DNA from: an uncultured archaeon | GTDB taxonomy: Archaea; Asgardarchaeota; Lokiarchaeia; Sigyniarchaeales; Promethearchaeaceae | DNA: 6,430 nt | Direction: 5' to 3' | NCBI GenBank assembly: GCA_964426185.1 | Contig: CAYRPF010000069.1 | Span: forward strand, 1 to 6,430 | Shown: positions 1 to 4,796 of the stretch, piece after piece | How the letters are laid out: each line of letters opens with the position of its first letter | Numbering within the stretch: position 1 is the first letter of the stretch | Translations under genes and position numbers: made by a program | The notes under the pieces: model-generated | Databases searched by the model: none | Seen by the model: only the letters and a program-made list of their open reading frames with translations | Told to the model about the DNA's origin: nothing

Positions 1-248
1 CCAAGACAAATTAATTTCTGATAACTTGCAGATGGTTCATTAGTCCAAGGGAGGGATTCTATCGATTTTAAATCATAGAACTGGAAATATCGCTCAAAAT
101 CCCTATAAAATGAAGGATTATTATTTAAATGAAATTTACCTATAATAATTGGTATTTCAATCAAGGGTTTATTATGTGAGAATTGATATCTTTTCCTTTT
201 ATAATAAAAGGTTCCATAATCAAAATCTATTGATTCTTGCGTTTTCAC
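1..248 (-). CDS. Hypothetical protein, N-terminal 82 codons, truncated by the window edge; translationally coupled to dprA
   Basis: Not in the ORF track. Manual translation gives GTG at 248-246, directly after an in-frame TAA, then a stop-free frame to the edge: MKTQESIDFDYGTFYYKRKRYQFSHNKPLIEIPIIIGKFHLNNNPSFYRDFERYFQFYDLKSIESLPWTNEPSASYQKLICL(G). It overlaps the dprA 3' end by 29 nt. An 82-codon open frame in such AT-rich DNA is unlikely by chance. The start codon is uncertain. Confidence 0.7.
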   Translation of the reverse strand, partial: MKTQESIDFDYGTFYYKRKRYQFSHNKPLIEIPIIIGKFHLNNNPSFYRDFERYFQFYDLKSIESLPWTNEPSASYQKLICL

Positions 249-1227
249 TTAATTCTTCAACCCGTTTACTATAATATTTAAGTAAAATTAAATTAACTTC
301 ATCCAAATTAGATAAATCATTCTTAATTTCAATTCCACCTTGTTCTTTGATCATTTTAGGAATGTATGAATTTTCATGAGACCAATCTTTTGGTTCTAAA
401 TAAAATACAGGCTTGTTTGCTTCTCTGGCAAATTTATATTGCCATTTTGTCCCAGATTTATAATTTCCCTCAATAAAGATACTACCATTTGATAAAAATG
501 CGGAAAAACGATTTCTAATTTGTAAAGTTTTTTTGGTTACTCTTTTCCAAAGAAGTCTTTGTGAGATAAAAGCACCGTTTGCAATTACTTTAGAGATAAA
601 TTTTTCATTTTCTAGGGGATAAATATTTTCAACTCCTGAAGCAATAATTCCCAAATATCTACCGCCTACTTTGGAAGCACCTATATATCCTTCAATATCA
701 ATCCCTTTTGCAAATCCATTAATTAATGTATATTTTTTCTTAGCAAAATACTCTGCTATTAATCTCGTTTTCTTAATTGCATCCTCCGTAGGATTTCGAG
801 TCCCACAAATAGAATAAGATTTCACATCTTGATTTAAAATTGTTCCTCTAATGAATACTAAATCTCTATATTTCTGATCAATATTAAAGAAAATGAAGGG
901 AATATTTCTACTATAACCAGTAATGATACGAATGGATTTTTTAGCGCACCAATTAACCATTTCTTTTATTTTAAGGTATTCTTGTGCAGAAAAATCAAAA
1001 TTTATAACATTATTTACTTTTGAATAGTCATCGAATTTAATTTGTTTACCTTTAAGAAGAAAATGTTGAATTCTCTCTTTGTTAAGATTTTTGAAAGATG
1101 AAATGGTCATTTCTGGATTTTTAAATAATTCCATCAATCCGATTTTTGAAAAATTTAAAATCCTTAATAAATAAATATAATCGATTAGATTCTGATTTTC
1201 ATTTATTGTACTAAGGGTCAAATTCAT
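220..1227 (-). CDS. dprA: DprA/Smf-family DNA-processing (ssDNA-binding, SLOG/Rossmann fold) protein
   Basis: Family motifs are present: SICGTRNPT (cf. aIVGtR), LINGFAKGIDIEG (cf. vSGlArGID), IIASGVENIYPLEN, GAFISQ, RNRFSAFLS, IFIEGNYKSGT, FAREANKPVF, MIKEQGG. ATG at 1227 is preferred over TTG at 1230 because AGGAG lies 5 nt upstream. No C-terminal winged-helix domain is evident. Confidence 0.9.
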   Translation of the reverse strand: MNLTLSTINENQNLIDYIYLLRILNFSKIGLMELFKNPEMTISSFKNLNKERIQHFLLKGKQIKFDDYSKVNNVINFDFSAQEYLKIKEMVNWCAKKSIRIITGYSRNIPFIFFNIDQKYRDLVFIRGTILNQDVKSYSICGTRNPTEDAIKKTRLIAEYFAKKKYTLINGFAKGIDIEGYIGASKVGGRYLGIIASGVENIYPLENEKFISKVIANGAFISQRLLWKRVTKKTLQIRNRFSAFLSNGSIFIEGNYKSGTKWQYKFAREANKPVFYLEPKDWSHENSYIPKMIKEQGGIEIKNDLSNLDEVNLILLKYYSKRVEELSENARINRF

Positions 1228-1232
1228 CAATT

Positions 1233-1237
1233 CTCCT
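1233..1237 (-). promoter_or_regulatory. Shine-Dalgarno-like site (AGGAG) of dprA
   Basis: The minus strand reads tctAGGAGaattgATG. Confidence 0.6.
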
Positions 1238-1408
1238 AGAAATCCAATATTATTTAGTTGGTACAGTATATTAATTTTCTAAAATATTTAAAAATCGGTG
1301 ATATTCACTGAAAAGCAAATCAAAAATCCTTTCTTCAAAATGAAGTATTTCCATTCCTATATTAAACGCATAAATCTTTGGCTTTTTACAATAAACAATA
1401 TAACTTAC

Positions 1409-1534
1409 ATGGGTAAAATTTATCTCCGATTGGCGCAAATCCTTGGAGAGTTGGCCAGTTTAATTTTTGGAGGCACCTTTAATCTCATCGGGATCGGGGG
1501 ATTGTTTACGGATGAACCCCGTAAAATTGGATAA
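1409..1534 (+). pseudogene. Truncated paralog (41 aa) of the membrane protein at 2159..2614
   Basis: MGKIYLRLAQILGELASLIFGGTFNLIG aligns without gaps to MGKLFLRLAQIIGGLACLFFGGTFIIIG, with 20/28 identical residues by manual count and many synonymous codon differences. It stops after 41 codons, against 151 aa for the paralog. G>E and I>N changes fall in the hydrophobic helix. Confidence 0.75.
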
Positions 1535-2068
1535 ATAAGCTTCAAACCACCGATTAATTGTGGCCCAATCCCTGAAATCGTTCATTCCATTCAAATCGTA
1601 TTTTTTCGGCCCTTCTTCGGCCAGCATTTTTCTGATCAATCCACTTTTCAATTTTCCAAAGCGTGAATTAAGCCGAAGGTCGAAAACTCCTCCAAATACA
1701 GCCGTAGTTCCGGGTTTTAGGTCATATTTCGTTAGTAACGGAGTTAGGTATTTTTCCTTGGCAGTTTCTACCCCTGCCGGATCTTTTGCCGTGCCGCAAA
1801 CCAGAAAGACTCCGAAATTATTTTTAAAAAGATTCAAGACAGCCCGTTTTTTCTTGAGAAATTTACGCAGGCTGGATGGGATTTTTCCGATTTGAATTCC
1901 GCCACCTACCACCACGCCGTCAAAGGCGGTAAGATCCAATTTGAACGTGTTTTTTACATCTACAAGCGAAACATCCACGTCGGCGGCCTGAGCGTTCTCT
2001 TCCATTTTTTCTGCAATTTCTTTAGTGGCTCCGTAACGGCTGGCATAAATTATGGCAATTTTATACAT
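1460..2068 (-). CDS. Flavodoxin-domain protein, HemG-like (Flavodoxin_5; menaquinone-dependent protoporphyrinogen oxidase-like)
   Basis: It has the FMN phosphate-binding loop IIYASRYGATKEIAE, plus FDGVVVGGGIQIGK, GVFLVC, AVFGG and the C-terminal DFRDWATINRW typical of the HemG-like family. The ATG at 2068 (MYKIAIIY) is preferred over TTG at 2074. True HemG activity is not established. Confidence 0.85.
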   Translation of the reverse strand: MYKIAIIYASRYGATKEIAEKMEENAQAADVDVSLVDVKNTFKLDLTAFDGVVVGGGIQIGKIPSSLRKFLKKKRAVLNLFKNNFGVFLVCGTAKDPAGVETAKEKYLTPLLTKYDLKPGTTAVFGGVFDLRLNSRFGKLKSGLIRKMLAEEGPKKYDLNGMNDFRDWATINRWFEAYLSNFTGFIRKQSPDPDEIKGASKN

Positions 2069-2158
2069 ACACAATTATTATTTTGATTGACAATATAAAT
2101 GATTTGGATTCAGAAATATCAAATACTTTTTTATTCTTTCACGAAGTATTTTTTTTAT

Positions 2159-2614
2159 ATGGGTAAATTATTTCTTCGTTTAGCTCAAATCATCGGAGGA
2201 TTGGCTTGTCTTTTCTTTGGCGGAACTTTTATTATTATTGGTTCTTCTGCACTATTCTCGGAGGATTTTGGTGTTTCAGACCCTCGAGAATTTTACATTG
2301 AATTATTACCCAATCTCATCTTAATTTTCAGTTCTATAGTTTGGTTTATATATTTCAATATTAAGAAAAAGTATGAAATTGGAGGTATCTTGCTTATGTG
2401 CTTCGGAGCGGCACTCTTTTGTTCAATTATTATCACTAAGTTAATCCGAACCCATGACTTCACGGAGAGTCTTCGGGCGGGGTCAATGGGTGGGATGATG
2501 TATGCACCCCCGTATATTCTTTCAGGGTTATTCTATCTGATTGCAGTTAAATTTCAAAAACCCTCAAATAATAATGCAAAAAATAATGATGATAATATTG
2601 TAAATAGTGATTAG
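2159..2614 (+). CDS. Hypothetical integral membrane protein, about 4 TM helices, 151 aa, Asn-rich C-terminal tail
   Basis: There are four hydrophobic segments (IIGGLACLFFGGTFIIIG; LLPNLILIFSSIVWFIYF; IGGILLMCFGAALFCSIII; MMYAPPYILSGLFYLIAV). The start at 2159 is supported because homology with the 1409 relic begins exactly at this ATG. Confidence 0.8.
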   Translation: MGKLFLRLAQIIGGLACLFFGGTFIIIGSSALFSEDFGVSDPREFYIELLPNLILIFSSIVWFIYFNIKKKYEIGGILLMCFGAALFCSIIITKLIRTHDFTESLRAGSMGGMMYAPPYILSGLFYLIAVKFQKPSNNNAKNNDDNIVNSD

Positions 2615-2625
2615 CTAGATCTAAT

Positions 2626-2706
2626 TAAACAAATTTTTCCAAGTTTTATATACTCTAAATACGGTAAACAAATTTCCCAAGTTTTATATACTCTAAATAC
2701 GGTAAA
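2626..2706. repeat. Tandem duplication, 39/38-bp unit, 2 copies
   Basis: TAAACAAATTTTTCCAAGTTTTATATACTCTAAATACGG (2626-2664) is followed directly by TAAACAAATTTCCCAAGTTTTATATACTCTAAATACGG (2665-2702), then TAAA. There is no spacer. Confidence 0.95.
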
Positions 2707-2942
2707 GTGGATAATAATCCAGTCTGAATTATTGAAATGTATCTTCTGACAATTTTTATGGTGATTGATGTTCTTTCCAAATGGACACGGGATCACTTTT
2801 ACACCAGTAGGAGGTGTATGGTTTTGGCTATTCTCTCATCCCTCTTTCCGATAATCTATTCAATAAACTCCAGCTTGGAATATTTCCGCCCACATTGGTA
2901 AGAACATTCTTCTTATAGCATATAATTCGAAATTCCCTAAGT

Positions 2943-3027
2943 AAAGGTAATCGAATTTCAAAGGTGATCGAAAGTCAAATGTGGTCGAAAGTCAAAGGAA
3001 ATTGAATGTTAAAGGTGATCTAGTGTC
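2943..3027. repeat. Degenerate 17-bp tandem repeat, 5 copies, consensus about AAAGGTGATCGAAWGTC
   Basis: Units: aaaggtaatcgaatttc / aaaggtgatcgaaagtc / aaatgtggtcgaaagtc / aaaggaaattgaatgtt / aaaggtgatctagtgtc, at an exact 17-nt period. Confidence 0.85.
3013..3019 (+). promoter_or_regulatory. Archaeal-type Shine-Dalgarno (AGGTGAT) of the transporter
   Basis: AGGTGAtctaGTG precedes an in-frame GTG at 3023, just before the first TM helix. Confidence 0.5.
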
Positions 3028-4678
3028 AAATGAAATAATATTACAAATAATCATTGGGCTTTGCTTCATTGGAATTATCGTAGTATTATTTTGGGAATCT
3101 CAAGACTATCTTACCTATTCCCTTCTATTTGTTTTTTTGATTGTCATTTCAACGTTAGTTTTAAGAGGTATGGGCCCAAATGAGCTGAAAGGAATTATTC
3201 TGGCAGTAGATTGGAATGTAATTGTATTTCTTATTTGTTTATTTTCGATTATTGAAATTTTGAATTCAAAGCAGATATTTCAGCAAATTGCAATTCGTAT
3301 TGTAAATAAGTTTGCTCTTCATCCCCGGCGGTTGTTTTATGCTATTTGTATTATATCAACGATGATTGCCACAATTATTGAAGATTTAAGCGTGGCTATT
3401 ATCTTCATTCCAATCGTGATTCAAGCATGCCGAGGTATTCATATAAGCCCTCTTCCTTACATGTTCGGGATCACGATCTGTATAAACTTGGCCAGTACTT
3501 TGACTCCATTTGGATCTGCCGAAAATATTATTATTGCCAATCACTTCAATCTTTCATTACATTGGCATTTAGTCAATTTGGGGATTTATTTCATTGTTGT
3601 ATTGTTCATTACTCTTTTTTTGGTTGATCGCTTGTTATTGACTCGTTATTTGAAACGGTATTATTATGAAATTTATGAAGCGATTCCGGGCTATTTTGAC
3701 CCTAATCAAATAGATCCCTTGAATAATGAAGAAAATTCTAAAAATATGAAGGGAAATAAAAGATCTAATCAACTAGATACAATTAATTATGAAGAGAATA
3801 ATAAAAATAAGAGAAGACATAAAGAACATCACCTGAGTGAAGAGTTTTTGAAAAATGCTCGGTTAAAAGAAATAAAAGATAGGGTATTTCAATCTTTGGA
3901 ACAAGCGAATTTGAATACTTCTGGTGAGGACAGAAATAAGGCAGTGATTACTGTTAGTTTAAGCGAGATTCAATTACATAATTTGCTCAAACATAGAAAT
4001 AATGACGTTAAGATAAATGTTCTAAACCTTAAAGCGGATAAAAAAGATTTTCACCGTAATATGATAGGTTTAGGGCTTTTAATAATAATATTTGTAACCG
4101 TTTCTCAAATTATAATTGCAGGAATTTTAGGATTATTACTGTTTACCTTTCTTAATCCTATAAAGGTTACAGGAAAAAAACGCATTCCTTCTGTTTCTTA
4201 TTATTTTAAGAAAATTGACGCTAAATTAATTTATTTCTTTGCAATTTTATTTATAACTGTATATTTTATGGACTTGGCAGGGATAACATATTGGATTGAT
4301 GAGTTGGTTGAAAATTGGGGGCACCATGATGTCTTTCTCATCTCAGTGGGAATATTATTACTAACTTCAATTTTATCTGGATTTCTCGATGATGCTCCTA
4401 TAACGATTATGTTTCTTCCTATTATTGACAACCTTTTACGCTTGTTTAATCATCCAGGTAATCCTATTTTTATCGCTTTTACCTTGGGAATCAATTTAGG
4501 TGGTAATTTTCTTCCGCAAGGGGCAGCTTGCGATATGATGACCCTAGAGCTGGCAAAGAAACACAATGTGAAGGGATTTACATACAAATCATTAACTCTG
4601 ATCGGTGGTTTATTTGCTTTAATCCATATTCTCCTCGGAATCGGTTATATTGCGTTATATCAAGCCATTTTTGGGTGA
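3023..4678 (+). CDS. ArsB/NhaD-family (ion transporter superfamily; SLC13/P-protein/CitMHS-like) permease with a large central hydrophilic loop
   Basis: It has many TM helices and the motifs VDWNVIVFL, ATIIEDLSVAIIFIPI, INLASTLTPFGSAENIII, SILSGFLDDAPITIMFLPI and INLGGNFLPQGAACDMM, matching the two-fold internal repeat of the family. The start could be 2981 (ORF track) but is more likely GTG 3023. The substrate is unknown. Confidence 0.85.
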   Translation: MSNEIILQIIIGLCFIGIIVVLFWESQDYLTYSLLFVFLIVISTLVLRGMGPNELKGIILAVDWNVIVFLICLFSIIEILNSKQIFQQIAIRIVNKFALHPRRLFYAICIISTMIATIIEDLSVAIIFIPIVIQACRGIHISPLPYMFGITICINLASTLTPFGSAENIIIANHFNLSLHWHLVNLGIYFIVVLFITLFLVDRLLLTRYLKRYYYEIYEAIPGYFDPNQIDPLNNEENSKNMKGNKRSNQLDTINYEENNKNKRRHKEHHLSEEFLKNARLKEIKDRVFQSLEQANLNTSGEDRNKAVITVSLSEIQLHNLLKHRNNDVKINVLNLKADKKDFHRNMIGLGLLIIIFVTVSQIIIAGILGLLLFTFLNPIKVTGKKRIPSVSYYFKKIDAKLIYFFAILFITVYFMDLAGITYWIDELVENWGHHDVFLISVGILLLTSILSGFLDDAPITIMFLPIIDNLLRLFNHPGNPIFIAFTLGINLGGNFLPQGAACDMMTLELAKKHNVKGFTYKSLTLIGGLFALIHILLGIGYIALYQAIFG

Positions 4679-4690
4679 TGAGATGCAATA

Positions 4691-4745
4691 GATTAGAAGT
4701 AAATGATTAGAAGTAAATGATTAGAAGTAAATGATTAGAAGTAAA
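4691..4745. repeat. Perfect 14-bp tandem repeat (GATTAGAAGTAAAT) x3.9
   Basis: Copies start at 4691, 4705, 4719 and 4733; the last lacks the final T. Confidence 0.97.
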
Positions 4746-4789
4746 GGGAGAAAAGGGAGAAAAGGGAGAAAAGGGAGAAAAGGGAGAAA
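4743..4789. repeat. Perfect 9-bp tandem repeat (AAAGGGAGA) x5.2, pure purine tract
   Basis: Copies start at 4743, 4752, 4761, 4770 and 4779. The array abuts the 14-bp array. Confidence 0.97.
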
Positions 4790-4796
4790 TAAAAAA
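4743..4796 (-). terminator. Putative archaeal-type oligo-T/pyrimidine-rich terminator of the 444-aa gene
   Basis: The minus strand after the TAA stop reads TTTTTT A TTTCTCCCTTTTCTCCC..., with no hairpin. Confidence 0.4.

Noticed and set aside
1298-1408. N-terminal extension of ORF 1298..1534 (78 aa)
   Set aside because: Homology to the paralog starts at ATG 1409. The upstream part looks like AT-rich intergenic DNA.
1560-2086. ORFs 1560..1895 (+) and 1892..2086 (+)
   Set aside because: They are antisense shadows of the flavodoxin gene with no recognisable motifs.
1460-2100. Flavodoxin segment as an IS/transposon
   Set aside because: No transposase, terminal inverted repeats or target-site duplication were found by eye.
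2099-2158. ORF-track start at 2099 for the membrane protein
   Set aside because: It lies in the T-rich divergent promoter gap, and the paralog comparison supports ATG 2159.
2626-2706. The 38/39-bp repeat as a CRISPR array
   Set aside because: The unit is CRISPR-sized, but the copies are directly adjacent with no spacer, there are only two, and no cas genes are present.
2611-2796. ORF 2611..2796 (-), 61 aa
   Set aside because: It runs through a tandem duplication with a non-triplet period and has no family features or SD.
3427-4710. ORFs 3427..3627 (+), 4231..4431 (-) and 4528..4710 (+)
   Set aside because: They are short alternative-frame or antisense ORFs inside the transporter CDS.
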